Part shown: in pieces, positions 18,302-29,101 of the stretch
How positions within the stretch are numbered: position 1 is the first letter of the stretch
Layout: each line of letters opens with the position of its first letter
NCBI GenBank assembly: GCA_016218805.1
Contig: JACRCW010000017.1
Coordinates: forward strand, 53 to 64,052
Length of the DNA: 64,000 nt
From: Deltaproteobacteria bacterium
GTDB lineage: Bacteria; Myxococcota; JACRCW01
Reading direction: 5' to 3'
Notes under the pieces: generated by a model
The model's input: the letters and a program-made list of their open reading frames with translations, nothing else
Database searches by the model: none
Told to the model about the DNA's origin: nothing
Translations under genes and position numbers: made by a program

Positions 18302-18946
18302 GTGACGCTGACGACTGAGAAGGCCGACCAGCTTGCGAAGTTTGGGTTCACGCCGGACCACCGTGCGCGCATGGAGGAGATCCTGAAGAAGATCGGCACC
18401 GACCGCGCGGAGGCGACTGACAAGCGTGCCCGGTCACAAAGCAACACCAAGACGGAGCGCGAAGCCCTGTCCGATGTGAAGGCCCTGAAGCGAAAGCTCC
18501 TCAGCGCCGCCGACGACCTCGCGACCGACGCAGTGATGAACGAGGACGACCGCAAGGCGCTCAATGCGGGCCGCAAGCTTGCGCGGTCCACCACGCTGCA
18601 CTCCGCGTATCTCACCAAGGTCCGCGGCGTGGTGGAGCGCCATTCCGCCGCGCTCAAGCCGCTCATGGGCGGCGAGCGGGATCCCCTGACGTGGCTGGAT
18701 GATGTGAAGAAGGCGCTTGATTCGGCCCAGAGCACGCAGGAGTTGTCGGTGGCCTCGCTGCCCACGGAGACCGCCGAGGTCTACGAGAGCAAGGGCGAGT
18801 TGCTCACGCTCATTGAGAAGGCGAACCGTGCTGGGTGTCGCGCGTATGACGGCGATGCGCGCACCATTGGGTTGTTCAACAAGGACCTCATCCTCCGCGC
18901 GGTGGCCAACCGCGCGGTAGCGGCCCCCAAGCCCCTCCCTGCCTGA
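18302..18946 (+). CDS. Hypothetical protein
   Basis: The ORF has good codon bias and is predicted to be helical. No motif was recognised. Confidence 0.5.
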   Translation: MTLTTEKADQLAKFGFTPDHRARMEEILKKIGTDRAEATDKRARSQSNTKTEREALSDVKALKRKLLSAADDLATDAVMNEDDRKALNAGRKLARSTTLHSAYLTKVRGVVERHSAALKPLMGGERDPLTWLDDVKKALDSAQSTQELSVASLPTETAEVYESKGELLTLIEKANRAGCRAYDGDARTIGLFNKDLILRAVANRAVAAPKPLPA

Positions 18947-19449
18947 GCCGACGGAAGGTCACCCTTTGACTCGAGTTTCGCCGTTTTTCAGGCTGGGCGG
19001 GCGTTCCGGGCCGGCTTGCGGCAGTCCGCAGGGACAGATTTGCTCATGTTTGTGGGGCCGGGGTCTCTGCCGGCCGCCGACCCATGGCTGCACAGCGCAA
19101 CAGCCCGCCACCAACCGGGGTGGTTTCCCGCGGTATTGAGTGCCCAGGCGCTGTACCGCAGTTGAGGGTGGTGTGGGGTCGGGGCGCCGCGCTGGCATGC
19201 GCCTGCGGCCGGCAGGGATGCCGGCCCCACAAACACCTGACTGGGCACCGGGCATGAGTGCTGGGCTCAGACTCGGGTCTTACCGGCGTGATGTTCATCT
19301 CTGTCGTCGTTGACGTTGGTTGGGAGTGGGCTGCTATGGACGGTTGGGTGCCCCGTGTGGCGCGGCTCAGAAACTCCGCAACACCGCGAGGAACCGCGCC
19401 AAAGCCCCTCCCAAAACGGCGAAACGCGAGTTTGACGCCGGCGCTGCGC

Positions 19450-22400
19450 TCAGGTGCCGCCGTCCGCCGGGCAGGTGCCACCGTCCGCGCGCTGGCAGAA
19501 GCGCGCCCGCACCTGGAGGGTCTCCACGGCCACCGCCCCGCCGTCCGCGTCCACCGCCCGCACCTGCACGGCCACCGCGGGAGCGCCGCCCGGCAGGCGG
19601 ACCGTGTGCCGTGCGGGTTGGGGCACCGTGCCAGACGCCAGCGGCTGCCAACTGCCCGCGGCGGGTCCCACGGACTGCCACGCGTGGAGGCTGCCGGCAG
19701 GCACCCCCGCGTCCGAGGACTGGTCAACGTCCACCGCGACTTCGCGCAGGTGGGCGGTGGACAGGTGGGCCTCCGACAGGGGGGCCCCCAACGTCAGGCT
19801 CCCCGCCGGGTGGCGGGGGCTTTCCAGGATCCACGTGCCTTCCGAGTTGCCGCTGGGACCTGACGCGGACAGCGCCAACACGCCGCCGGCCACGGGGTCA
19901 TAGGCCGCGCCTACCACGCCCTCCAGCGCCAGGGGCCGCGGCGCCAGCGGCAGGGCGCGGAAGTGCAACGCGGCGCCGTCCCAGGTGACCTCCAGGGACG
20001 GCACCGCCGTTCCGCCGCGCGGGTCCATCGCGGACGTGCTGTCACCGCCCACCACCACCAGCGCCTGCCGCACCGGGTCATACGCCAGGGTGTGATTGGC
20101 ACGCGCCGGCGGGGCGTCCACCACGGGAGTGGCGTTCACCCAGCGGTGCGTGCCCGGGTCCAACAGCCACGCGTCCGCCAGCGGGCCGGTGTCGCCCAGG
20201 CCGCCGTACAGCACCACGGCGCGGGCCTCCGCAAAGTACGCCATGGCGGCGGCGCGTCGCGGTGGCGGCCGTGTGGGCGAATCACCCGACACGTCACTCC
20301 ACAGCGCCAGCGCAGCGTTGCGGTTGAAAGTGAGCGTGGTGTCCAGGAGTGTGCCGCTGCCGTTGGCGCCGCCAAACAGGAAGGTGGTGGACGGAAAGCC
20401 GGTGGCGTCCACCAGGGCCAGCGCACCGTCCGCGCGTCCCGGGTTGGGCCCCAGCAGGCAGGCGCCCGCCACATTCAGCCCGTTGGCGTCCAGCGTGGCG
20501 TACCCGCACAGCATCAACGTGCTGGTGGGTCCCACCAGCACGGCTTCCACGCTGTCAGTCTCCGGCGGCACGGCCCCCATGGTCAGGCCCAACGGGTAGT
20601 TGTTGAGCAGGTTCAACATGGAGGACGACGTGGTCCACGCGCCGGCGCTGCCGCGCCAGAGCTGCACGGCGCCGCTGGAGTCCTGCACCACGGCAACGGG
20701 CGCGGACCTCCCCATGACCATCAACACGCGGCCGCCTGCGGGCGCGCGCAGCGGCGCGGGGGTCACCTCCGCCCAGCCGGGTGCCTCGCTCCAGGCCCAC
20801 AGGGTGCGGCGCGTGCAGGTTTCACCCGGGAGGGCCTCACAGCCGGCCAGCAGCAGCCGCCCCACCAGTGCGCCGTCCGCGCGCCAGCCGCGGTGCGGGT
20901 CCAGGAACCCGGCCGCCGCGGGCTGTGGTCCCGGCGTCACGGACGTGGCCACGGTGGACCAGGTGCCCGCCCGCAGCCGGGAGAGCGTGTCCGCCGTGGC
21001 GCTGCCGCCGTAGAGCAGCAGGTCCCCGTTGGACGGGTCCACCACCATCAGGTGCCCGCTGCGGGCCGGGGCCGCGCCCGCCGTCCCCACCGCCGCGAAA
21101 CTGACGCCGTCAAAACGCCACAGGTCGGCCAGCGGCGTGCCGGCCGCGGAGGTCCCGCCGTGGACCAGCACCGTGCCGGTGGCCGGCTCCCAGGCGCCGG
21201 CCGCCCCACGCCGCGCGGACAGGGTGGCCCCCGGCACGGCGCGCCACGCGTACCCGTTCCACTCCCACGTGCTGGTGCTGAAGGTGGCCGGCGGTTGGGC
21301 GCAATCCCGCACGCCGCCCACCAGCACCACGGCGCCCCGGCCGGGGTCCGCCACCAGGGTCGCCTGGGCGCGGCCTTCGGGCGCGGCTTCCAGGGCAAAG
21401 GCCGCACCGTCCCAGCGCCACACGTACGGCAGCGCGTCATTCCCCCCGCCGCAGCCGCCATAGAACATCACGCCACCACCCACCGGGTCGTACGCGGCCG
21501 CCACGCCGCGCAGGCCGACGGGGAGGTCACCGCGCAGCTCGGGGAAGCGCCAGCTGGAACCGTCATACTCCGCCACCTGGGCGCTGCTGCCCGCCCACGC
21601 CAGCAGCACCAGCCGGTCACGTGCGGGGTCATACGCGCCGGCCATGTCCGCGGACGCCAGCGGTGTCCCGTCCGGCACTTCCACCACACGCCACTGCGTG
21701 CCACCGGACATCACCAGCGCCCCGTCCGCCGCGCCCGCCAGCCGCGGGTGCCCCGCCCCGGGCGTCACGCCCCAGGACCCGCCCGTGTCCACGGGCAGCG
21801 GGTGCGGCGGCCAGGCCCCGCTCTGCCAGACCACCGGCGCGGCACCCCGCGTCGGGACCACGGTCTCCACGTCCAGCTCGGTGTGCTGCAGGGGCACCGG
21901 CGTGGACTCGTTGCCGGCCTCATCCACGGCGGTGACCAGCACGCCGCGCCCTTCCATGCCGGTCCACACGGGGCTGCTGGACTGCCAGGCCCCCGCCCGG
22001 TCCTCCCACCCCACCTGCGACAGCAACCGCGGGGCGGAACCCAGCGGGCCCGCGTCGGCTTCGGCGGTCACCGGCCAGTCCCAGAAGCGCAGCAGGCGCA
22101 CGTGCGCCCCCGCCGGGAACCCAAAGTCCTGCGGCCCCAGGTCCACCCGGGCGGCGCCCAGCCCGGTGCTGCCCACCACGCTGAACACCGCGCTGCCGGT
22201 GACCTCGCTGTAGCGCTCCCCGGGGACCGTCACCGGCCCTCCACCCGGCTCCGGACCGCCGCCGCCTGTGGGGCCCAGGCCGCCCGTGGTGGTGCCGGCG
22301 TCCGCGTCAGCGGGCAGCCCGGGCAGGGTGACCGCGCTGACTGGCGTGTAGTGCTTGGCGGTGGGCTGCCGCAGCAGCGCCACGTTGTGCTGCCGCACCT

Positions 22401-24798
22401 GCAGCTGCGGCGCGCGGGCGCGGACGTGCAGCACCGGGGCGGCCAGGCCACCGTCACGGTCATTGGGGTTGCCCGCCAGGTCGGTCAGCTCCGGGTACAG
22501 CGCGTAGTCCCCGGTGGGCGCACTCCCGGCGACGGCGCGGAACATCACCAGGTAGGTGCTTTCGCCCGCCGACGGGTCCGCCACAAAACGGATGGCGCCG
22601 CCGTCCCTGCCGCGTGCCACCAGGGCGGGCCCCGCGTCCCCGGCGGCAAACACCGGCTCATTGGCCACCAGCACCGCCAGCACCTCCGTGTCCGGCCGTG
22701 CCGCCGTCACGTCCTGCACGGGGTTGTCCGGCGCGGGCAGGTACAGCAGTTCCGCCACGGGCAGCGTGGGTGCCGCCAGGTCATACGGGACGGTGGCCAC
22801 CGCCGTGGTGCGGTTTCCGGCGGGGTCGCGCAGGGTGACCTCCAGGGACACAAAGCCCTGCGGCAGGTCAGCCCGGATGCCGGTGCTGCAGGACCAGTCC
22901 GCACCGGTGGCCGTGCAGGTCATGGCGTCACCTTCAAAGCGCGCCTCCGCCACGTTGGCCGCGTCCAGGTTGCCACCCGGGGCGTCCAACGCCTGGAAGG
23001 TGGCGGTGAGCTGACCGCCGGCCCGTTCCGCCGGGCCAATCCGCGCCGGGGCCACCTGCAGCCCGCTGATGGCCGGGGCCTGCCCGTCCACCACAAAGTC
23101 CGGCAGCTGGGTCAGCGCCGTGACGTTTCCCGCGCGGTCCGCGAACAGCATGGTATCCGCCGCCAGCGTCCACACGCCGTCCAGCGCGCCCTCCGGCACC
23201 TCAAACGTCCACTGCCCAAAGCTGCCTGACACCGACGCCACCACGGGGTGCCGCACGCCCGCGGGGTCCAACAACTGCGGCTGCACCGCGGCGAACTCAA
23301 CCGGTTCGTCCGCGTAGGCGGACAGGAACACCGTCATGCCGGGCCGCACCAGCGCCGGCTGCAGGTCCGGCACCACGCCCGGCGCCCGCTTGTCCACGAC
23401 GATGTTGCGGAACGGGACGAACTCGCCGGTGCGGCCCGACTCGTCCATGAGGTCCACCCGCACGGGTGCTTCGCCATCCGGAATGTCCGCGGTCACCGTC
23501 ACCTCACCGGTGCAGTCCGTGCGGGTGGCGTCCGTGCACGTGGGTCCTCCGTCCGGGGAGAACGGCGTGTCCCGCAGGCGCATGGCGGGGGGCGCGGCCA
23601 GAGGTTTGTTGGCGGTGACGCGCAGGCGCAGCGTGACGCCGGCGTTCACCAGGTGGCTCCCGCCGTCCGCGGTGATGCCCAGCGTGCCGCCGTCAGCCAG
23701 CACGCGGCCCAGGCTGGCGGTCTCCAACTGCACCGCGTCCGGGTCCCGCCGCACCGTGCCCACGTCCACGGACACGCGGTTGTCCGCCAGGTCCGCAAAG
23801 GCCACGCGCGCCGTGTAGGTGGTTCCCAGCGCCAGGGTCCCGGCCGCCGCCCGCGAGCGGAACAGGAAGGTGGACGTGGCCAGCCCCACCGGCCCTTCCA
23901 CGAGGTCAAACGCCCACGCCGGGTCCTCCACCAGGGTCACGGACGCGGTGGGCAGCGCGCGCTCGTCCACGGTGAACTCCACCGTGACAAACGCGGTGTC
24001 CGCCGCCAGTGACGGGGTCACGTGCGCTTCCGGTGACCCGTCCGGTTCCAGGGCCAGCGCGGGCGGCTGCAGGTCCAGCACCACGTCGGTGGACACGGTG
24101 CGGGACGCGTAGCCTTCGTCATCCACAAACCGGGCGAACACCCGCCGCCGGCAGACGTTGGGGGCCGCACACGGGGTGGACAGGCCCACGTCCAGGTTCC
24201 ATGGGATGGCTTGGTCCGCCGTGCCGCTCAGTTCCACCCGCCGCGTGCGGGGCACCGCCGCGTCCCCGTCATCCGGGAAGGTGGACACGTTGCTGAGGCG
24301 GACGTACCGGCCCACCGGTTGCCTGACGAGCAGGGTGACATCCGCGGAGCCCACCACCCCTTCGGACGACACCACGCCAATGGCCCCGTCGTCGGGATCG
24401 GGTGACGGGCGCAGGCGGACGCGCACGTCCACCGGCTCGTCGCGGACGCCGGGTTTGAGGGAAAACGGCGCCGAAATCCCGTAGTAGACGACAGGTGCGG
24501 AGAAGTCCTCGGCTCCACGGAACTCCACGCTGACCACCAGGCCATCACCGTTGTCCACGTTCTTGAAGTCCAGCTGCATGCCGGGGCCGTAGCGCACCGG
24601 CCCCACCGTGCGGACGTCGCTGTCGCGCGTGACGCGGCCCACAATCCACAGCACCTCGTCGGGGGAAGGGCGTTGGGACTCCCAGGTGAAGTGCACCCGG
24701 AACGTGCCCCCGCGCGACGTGCCCGGCCACTGCCAGCCGGAGCACGCCACCAGGGCGGACGCGGCGCACATCAGGACGACGCGTGTCTTCATGGCCAC
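19450..24798 (-). CDS. Giant (1782 aa) secreted lipoprotein with beta-propeller (Kelch/galactose-oxidase-like) and Ig-like repeat regions
   Basis: There is a lipoprotein signal (LVACSG), repeated Gly/Trp-rich blade-like segments, and a start 4 bp after the stop of the upstream PEGA gene. Confidence 0.75.
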   Translation of the reverse strand: MAMKTRVVLMCAASALVACSGWQWPGTSRGGTFRVHFTWESQRPSPDEVLWIVGRVTRDSDVRTVGPVRYGPGMQLDFKNVDNGDGLVVSVEFRGAEDFSAPVVYYGISAPFSLKPGVRDEPVDVRVRLRPSPDPDDGAIGVVSSEGVVGSADVTLLVRQPVGRYVRLSNVSTFPDDGDAAVPRTRRVELSGTADQAIPWNLDVGLSTPCAAPNVCRRRVFARFVDDEGYASRTVSTDVVLDLQPPALALEPDGSPEAHVTPSLAADTAFVTVEFTVDERALPTASVTLVEDPAWAFDLVEGPVGLATSTFLFRSRAAAGTLALGTTYTARVAFADLADNRVSVDVGTVRRDPDAVQLETASLGRVLADGGTLGITADGGSHLVNAGVTLRLRVTANKPLAAPPAMRLRDTPFSPDGGPTCTDATRTDCTGEVTVTADIPDGEAPVRVDLMDESGRTGEFVPFRNIVVDKRAPGVVPDLQPALVRPGMTVFLSAYADEPVEFAAVQPQLLDPAGVRHPVVASVSGSFGQWTFEVPEGALDGVWTLAADTMLFADRAGNVTALTQLPDFVVDGQAPAISGLQVAPARIGPAERAGGQLTATFQALDAPGGNLDAANVAEARFEGDAMTCTATGADWSCSTGIRADLPQGFVSLEVTLRDPAGNRTTAVATVPYDLAAPTLPVAELLYLPAPDNPVQDVTAARPDTEVLAVLVANEPVFAAGDAGPALVARGRDGGAIRFVADPSAGESTYLVMFRAVAGSAPTGDYALYPELTDLAGNPNDRDGGLAAPVLHVRARAPQLQVRQHNVALLRQPTAKHYTPVSAVTLPGLPADADAGTTTGGLGPTGGGGPEPGGGPVTVPGERYSEVTGSAVFSVVGSTGLGAARVDLGPQDFGFPAGAHVRLLRFWDWPVTAEADAGPLGSAPRLLSQVGWEDRAGAWQSSSPVWTGMEGRGVLVTAVDEAGNESTPVPLQHTELDVETVVPTRGAAPVVWQSGAWPPHPLPVDTGGSWGVTPGAGHPRLAGAADGALVMSGGTQWRVVEVPDGTPLASADMAGAYDPARDRLVLLAWAGSSAQVAEYDGSSWRFPELRGDLPVGLRGVAAAYDPVGGGVMFYGGCGGGNDALPYVWRWDGAAFALEAAPEGRAQATLVADPGRGAVVLVGGVRDCAQPPATFSTSTWEWNGYAWRAVPGATLSARRGAAGAWEPATGTVLVHGGTSAAGTPLADLWRFDGVSFAAVGTAGAAPARSGHLMVVDPSNGDLLLYGGSATADTLSRLRAGTWSTVATSVTPGPQPAAAGFLDPHRGWRADGALVGRLLLAGCEALPGETCTRRTLWAWSEAPGWAEVTPAPLRAPAGGRVLMVMGRSAPVAVVQDSSGAVQLWRGSAGAWTTSSSMLNLLNNYPLGLTMGAVPPETDSVEAVLVGPTSTLMLCGYATLDANGLNVAGACLLGPNPGRADGALALVDATGFPSTTFLFGGANGSGTLLDTTLTFNRNAALALWSDVSGDSPTRPPPRRAAAMAYFAEARAVVLYGGLGDTGPLADAWLLDPGTHRWVNATPVVDAPPARANHTLAYDPVRQALVVVGGDSTSAMDPRGGTAVPSLEVTWDGAALHFRALPLAPRPLALEGVVGAAYDPVAGGVLALSASGPSGNSEGTWILESPRHPAGSLTLGAPLSEAHLSTAHLREVAVDVDQSSDAGVPAGSLHAWQSVGPAAGSWQPLASGTVPQPARHTVRLPGGAPAVAVQVRAVDADGGAVAVETLQVRARFCQRADGGTCPADGGT

Positions 24799-24804
24799 CT
24801 CAAC

Positions 24805-26250
24805 TCAGTCGATTGTCGCCGCGCCGCTGCCGGGCGGCGGCGGCGCCTGCGTCAGACGGTAGACCGCGAACGCGCCCACCGCACCCGCCACCACCAGCCC
24901 GACGAGCGCGGACACCACCACCGCGCCGGCCACACCCACCGACGCCCACACCTGCCAGCGCTGGTACCAGCGCAGCGGCACCGGGATGAGCTCCACCCAC
25001 AGGGCCGTTGTTTCGGCCGGGTCCACGTAGATGTCTGACGTGTAGTCCTGGAAACCGCGGCGCTGCAGCAGCAGCGTGTGCATCCCCGCCGGCACCCCCG
25101 CCAGCGGCTTCATGGGCAGCGTGCCGCGCGCTTCGCCGTCCAGCGTGAGCGCTGCGCCCTCCTGCGCGCTGCTGACCACAAGCGTGCCCGGCAGCTGCCC
25201 CTCCAGGCCCAGCAGCCGCCGCCCGGCGTGCCGCACCGCCCGGATGAGCTGGTCCTCCGGGCCGGAGAACGCCTCCGTGACGCGGTTCTCCACGCGCGTC
25301 CCCGCCACAGAAATCAGCCGCAGCGTCACAATGTGGCTCCCCGCCAGCCGGCCAATGTTCCCCGCCACCAGCTTCTCCACGCCCAGCGCGCCGCCAATCT
25401 CCGCCAGGCACGACGCGTCGTCGCACCCCAGCTGCAGCTTGTCCGCCTGCAACTGCAACAGCGCCTGGATGTCATCCCGGCTGATGACGGACGCTCCCGG
25501 CGCGCGCTTGAGCTCCGCGGACAACACCTGCGTGAGGCTCTGCGCCACGTCCACGCCCAGCCCCGCGGGCACCAGGTCCAGGACCGCCAAGGACACCGCC
25601 TTGCCGCCCGTGTCCCAGCGCTGCACGGCCCGCTCCTCGGCCCCGCCCAGCATGCGCGGCACCACGCGGCCCAGCTCGGTGGCCAGCTCGCGCGGGCCAC
25701 GCACGGTGATGGACTCACGCGCCTCCACCGTGCCGTCCGCGGCGCGCAGCAGTGACAGCGACGCGGTGAGCTGCGTCCCCACCCGCCCCACCGACCCGTT
25801 GAGCACCTTCTCCACCCCCGCGCCCGACGCCAGCTGCGCCGTGCAACTGGGACCGCCCGCGCAGCCCATCAGTTCGCGCGCGCGCTCTGCGCCCATCAGC
25901 TGCCGCACGTCCTCCAACGTGATCACGGAGTAGCGGCCCGCCCCGTGGGCCGCCTGCGCCACCAGCTGCGTGGCCTGCACACCCAGGTCCGCGGATACCC
26001 CCTGCGCGCGGAAATCCGTCACCAGCAGGCGCGGCAGCACCCGCGGCGCCGCAACAGACGGCGCGGGGGCGGGTGCCGGCGGCAGGGACGGCGCGGCGGG
26101 CTCCACGGCGGCCGCGGCAGGGGCGGCGGGAACGGGCGCGGCACGGTCCGGCCGCCGGCGCGCAGGCGCGGCGCTGGCGTCCACCGCGCACAGCCCCATG
26201 ACGGCGACCAGCAACGCGCCCCGGGCGGAGGGTTTGGAACACCTATCCAT
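24805..26250 (-). CDS. PEGA-domain membrane protein with a duplicated Cys-containing module
   Basis: The protein has a signal peptide, two paralogous modules (LMGCAGGPSCTAQLASGAGVEKV and LQLGCDDASCLAEIGGALGVEKL), a PEGA-like RRGFQDYTSDIYV segment and a C-terminal transmembrane segment. Confidence 0.65.
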   Translation of the reverse strand: MDRCSKPSARGALLVAVMGLCAVDASAAPARRRPDRAAPVPAAPAAAAVEPAAPSLPPAPAPAPSVAAPRVLPRLLVTDFRAQGVSADLGVQATQLVAQAAHGAGRYSVITLEDVRQLMGAERARELMGCAGGPSCTAQLASGAGVEKVLNGSVGRVGTQLTASLSLLRAADGTVEARESITVRGPRELATELGRVVPRMLGGAEERAVQRWDTGGKAVSLAVLDLVPAGLGVDVAQSLTQVLSAELKRAPGASVISRDDIQALLQLQADKLQLGCDDASCLAEIGGALGVEKLVAGNIGRLAGSHIVTLRLISVAGTRVENRVTEAFSGPEDQLIRAVRHAGRRLLGLEGQLPGTLVVSSAQEGAALTLDGEARGTLPMKPLAGVPAGMHTLLLQRRGFQDYTSDIYVDPAETTALWVELIPVPLRWYQRWQVWASVGVAGAVVVSALVGLVVAGAVGAFAVYRLTQAPPPPGSGAATID

Positions 26251-26318
26251 GCACCGCTCCATCTACCACGGGCCCCAAGCTTCCGGCGTGGCCGGGGCCT
26301 GCGGTACGTTGCCGGCGC

Positions 26319-26786
26319 ATGAGCGAGCTGCAACGGCGCTACTCCCCGGACGAGGTCCGCACCATCCTGGGGCGCGCCCTGAAGGTGGAGAACCACGACG
26401 GCAGCGTGTCCCTGGAGGAGCTGCGGGCGACGGCGCGCGAGCTGGGCATCCACCCGGACGCCATTGACCACGCCGTGGCCGAGCACGACGCCGCGGCGCT
26501 GCTGGCGGCGGCACGCATGGAGTTCCGCGGCCTGCGCCGCCAGCGCCTGGCGCGCGCCGTGGCCACCTGGGCGGCCGGAGCGGTGGGCCTGGGCGCACTG
26601 GACCTGCTGCAGGGCGGCGCCCTGGAGTGGGCGCCGCTGCCGGTGTGCCTGTGGGGCATGCTGGTCCTGTTCCGCATGGCACGCACCGTGTTCATGACCA
26701 CGGAGGATGAAGAAGTGGGCGCGCACAAGATGCTGCTGGAACGGACCCGGCGGCAGGAGAAGCTGCTCGCTGCCCGGCGGGATTGA
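26319..26786 (+). CDS. Hypothetical small membrane protein
   Basis: It is divergent from the PEGA operon, has two predicted transmembrane segments and good codon bias. Confidence 0.45.
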   Translation: MSELQRRYSPDEVRTILGRALKVENHDGSVSLEELRATARELGIHPDAIDHAVAEHDAAALLAAARMEFRGLRRQRLARAVATWAAGAVGLGALDLLQGGALEWAPLPVCLWGMLVLFRMARTVFMTTEDEEVGAHKMLLERTRRQEKLLAARRD

Positions 26787-26907
26787 CCGCGCGCACCGTG
26801 ACCCCAGGCCACCGCCCCCCACCCGACGAGCCGTCCCGGCTCGTCGACCTCCCCCCGCAAGCGGGGGGAGGGACACGGGGTGGCGGAGGGACTAGAAGGC
26901 ACGGCCC

Positions 26908-28269
26908 ATGTCCACCCCCGCCGTTGAATCCTCCGCCGCCACCTGGACCTTCCCGCGCGCGTTCTGGGTCGCCAACGTCATCGAACTGTTCGAACGCGCC
27001 GCCTACTACGGCACCTTCATCGCCCTCAGCATCTTCCTCACCGAGCGCGTCGGCTTCACCGACGTCGAGGCGGGCTGGATTGGCGGCATCTTCTCCTCCG
27101 GCATCTACCTGCTGCCGTTTGCCACCGGCGCCGCGGCGGACCGCATGGGGTTCCGCACTGCCCTGCTGCTGGCCTTTGCCCTGCTGGCCTGCGGCTACGC
27201 GGGCCTGGCGCTGCTGCCCAGCAAGCTGTTCGTGCCCTTCTCGCTGGTCGTCATCGCCCTGGGCGGCAGCTTTGTGAAGCCCATCATCACCGGAACGGTG
27301 GCGCGCACTTCGGACCTGGCCAACCGCGCCCGCGCGTTCAGCATCTTCTACATGCTGGTCAACATTGGCAGCTTCTCCGGCAAGACCGTGGCCAAGCCCG
27401 TCCGCGCTGAACTGGGCGTGGGCATGGTCCCGCTGTACTCCGCCGGCGCGGCGCTCATTGCCCTGGTGCTGGTGGCCCTGCTGTACCGCCCGCCGGAAAC
27501 CACGGAGAAGAAGGTGCAGCGCCTGGCGGACACCCTGCGCGACATGCTCACCGTCCTGTCCAACGGCCGCTTCCTGGCGCTGGTGCTCATCACGTCCGGC
27601 TTCTGGGCCATCCAGGGCCAGCTGTACGCCTCCATGCCCAAGTACGTCATCCGCCTCGTCGGCGAGGCCGCCAGCCCGGAGTGGTACGCCAACGTCAACC
27701 CGCTGGTGGTGGTGTGCCTGGTGGTGCCCATCACGCAGCTGGTGAAACGCTTTGCGCCGGTCACCTCCATCACCGTGGCCCTCACGCTCATTCCGTGCTC
27801 TGCGCTGGTGATGGCGTTCGCGTCCACCGGGCAGGCCAACTTCATGCTGTTTGGCCAGGCGCTGCACCCCATCACCGTCATGATGCTGCTGGGCATTGCG
27901 CTGCAGGGGCTGGCCGAATGCTTCCTGTCGCCGCGCTACCTGGAGTTCGCGTCGCGCCAGGCACCCAAGGGCCAGGAGGGGCTGTACATGGGGTACAGCA
28001 ACCTCAACACGTTCTTTGCCTGGCTGTTCGGGTTCATCATCTCCGGCTACCTGCTGCAGGCGTTCTGCCCGGACCCCAAGACGCTGTCCGCGGCGGCGCA
28101 GGCGCAGCGGCTGGCGTCGTTGGCGGGGAACGGCCCCATGCCGGCCGAGTACGCGCACGCGCACTACCTGTGGTTTGCCTTCAGCGCGGTGGGGGTCACC
28201 GCGCTCATTGCGCTGCTGGTGTTCCGCGCGGTGACGCGGCGCCAGGACGAGGCTGCAGCAGCCCAGTGA
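26908..28269 (+). CDS. Major facilitator superfamily (MFS) transporter, POT/PTR2 (di/tripeptide) family-like
   Basis: The N-terminal FERAAYYGTF motif matches the POT ExxERFxYY signature, and about 12 transmembrane segments are predicted. Confidence 0.75.
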   Translation: MSTPAVESSAATWTFPRAFWVANVIELFERAAYYGTFIALSIFLTERVGFTDVEAGWIGGIFSSGIYLLPFATGAAADRMGFRTALLLAFALLACGYAGLALLPSKLFVPFSLVVIALGGSFVKPIITGTVARTSDLANRARAFSIFYMLVNIGSFSGKTVAKPVRAELGVGMVPLYSAGAALIALVLVALLYRPPETTEKKVQRLADTLRDMLTVLSNGRFLALVLITSGFWAIQGQLYASMPKYVIRLVGEAASPEWYANVNPLVVVCLVVPITQLVKRFAPVTSITVALTLIPCSALVMAFASTGQANFMLFGQALHPITVMMLLGIALQGLAECFLSPRYLEFASRQAPKGQEGLYMGYSNLNTFFAWLFGFIISGYLLQAFCPDPKTLSAAAQAQRLASLAGNGPMPAEYAHAHYLWFAFSAVGVTALIALLVFRAVTRRQDEAAAAQ

Positions 28270-29062
28270 TCCACAGCGTCCCGCCCAGCAGCACCAGGCC
28301 CAGCACCATGCCGCCCAGCAGCGCGGCCACCCGCACCCCCACCGACGGGCCGCGCGCCACCGGCCGGGCCGCCGCGGTGCCGTCTGCCTGCACGGTGTAT
28401 CCGCGGCTGCGCAGGTAGACGGCCATGTCCTGCACCAGCCCGGCATAGCCAGCGGCATCCAGGGGCACCGCCGTGGCGGTGCGCGCGCGGTGCATGCGGT
28501 CCAGCTCGCCGTGTCCGCGCAGGCGCGCGTAGCGGTGCGGCACGTCAATGAACCCGCACACCAGGCTGCGGAACCCGCGCTCCACCGGGATGAGCAGCAC
28601 GCTCTGCCGCGCCACCCGGCCCACACCCGGCGTGTCCACCTCCAGCGCCTGGATGCGCGGCGCGCGTTTCACATCCCCACCCACCGTGCGGCCGGTGAAC
28701 GCGCTGGCAAACGCCGCCGCCATGCTGCCCGCGCGGTTCACCACCTCCGTGAGCTGCGGCTCCGGCCCGTCACCGGCGGCGGCGGACGGCTGCAGCGCCG
28801 CGCCGGGCGCCCCAAAGTCCGCAAACAGCACGCCGTGGTCCGGGTCATCCTCCGTGCTGGCGTGGGCGGGGTCCACCGGCGGAACCGGAAGGAACGGTGA
28901 GGGTCCGGTGACCACGGTGTCCGGGCGCGGCAGCGGGAGCGACTGGACGCGGGCGGTGCGCGGCCGGATGGGCGCGGGCGGGGCTTCGCGGTCCAGCGGC
29001 TCCTGCACCGTCGCCACGTCGGCGTCGTCAAAGCCTCCGGCCGGTCTTGGGGGCGGGCCCAT
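28205..29062 (-). CDS. Hypothetical protein with a Pro-rich N-terminus and a C-terminal transmembrane segment
   Basis: Codon bias is good. It lies 40 nt downstream of the XerD-like gene, and its 3' end overlaps the convergent transporter gene by about 65 nt. Confidence 0.4.
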   Translation of the reverse strand: MGPPPRPAGGFDDADVATVQEPLDREAPPAPIRPRTARVQSLPLPRPDTVVTGPSPFLPVPPVDPAHASTEDDPDHGVLFADFGAPGAALQPSAAAGDGPEPQLTEVVNRAGSMAAAFASAFTGRTVGGDVKRAPRIQALEVDTPGVGRVARQSVLLIPVERGFRSLVCGFIDVPHRYARLRGHGELDRMHRARTATAVPLDAAGYAGLVQDMAVYLRSRGYTVQADGTAAARPVARGPSVGVRVAALLGGMVLGLVLLGGTLWITGLLQPRPGAASPRGTPAAQ

Positions 29063-29101
29063 GGGCGGACGGCACTGGAAAACCGCGCAGGTGTCAAACG
29101 G

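Noticed and set aside
19963-23229. 1088-aa plus-strand ORF, plus many 100-250-aa ORFs inside 19450-24798
   Set aside because: These are antisense or alternate-frame artefacts within the 1782-aa lipoprotein gene. Their translations are Arg/Gly/Pro/His-rich and low-complexity.
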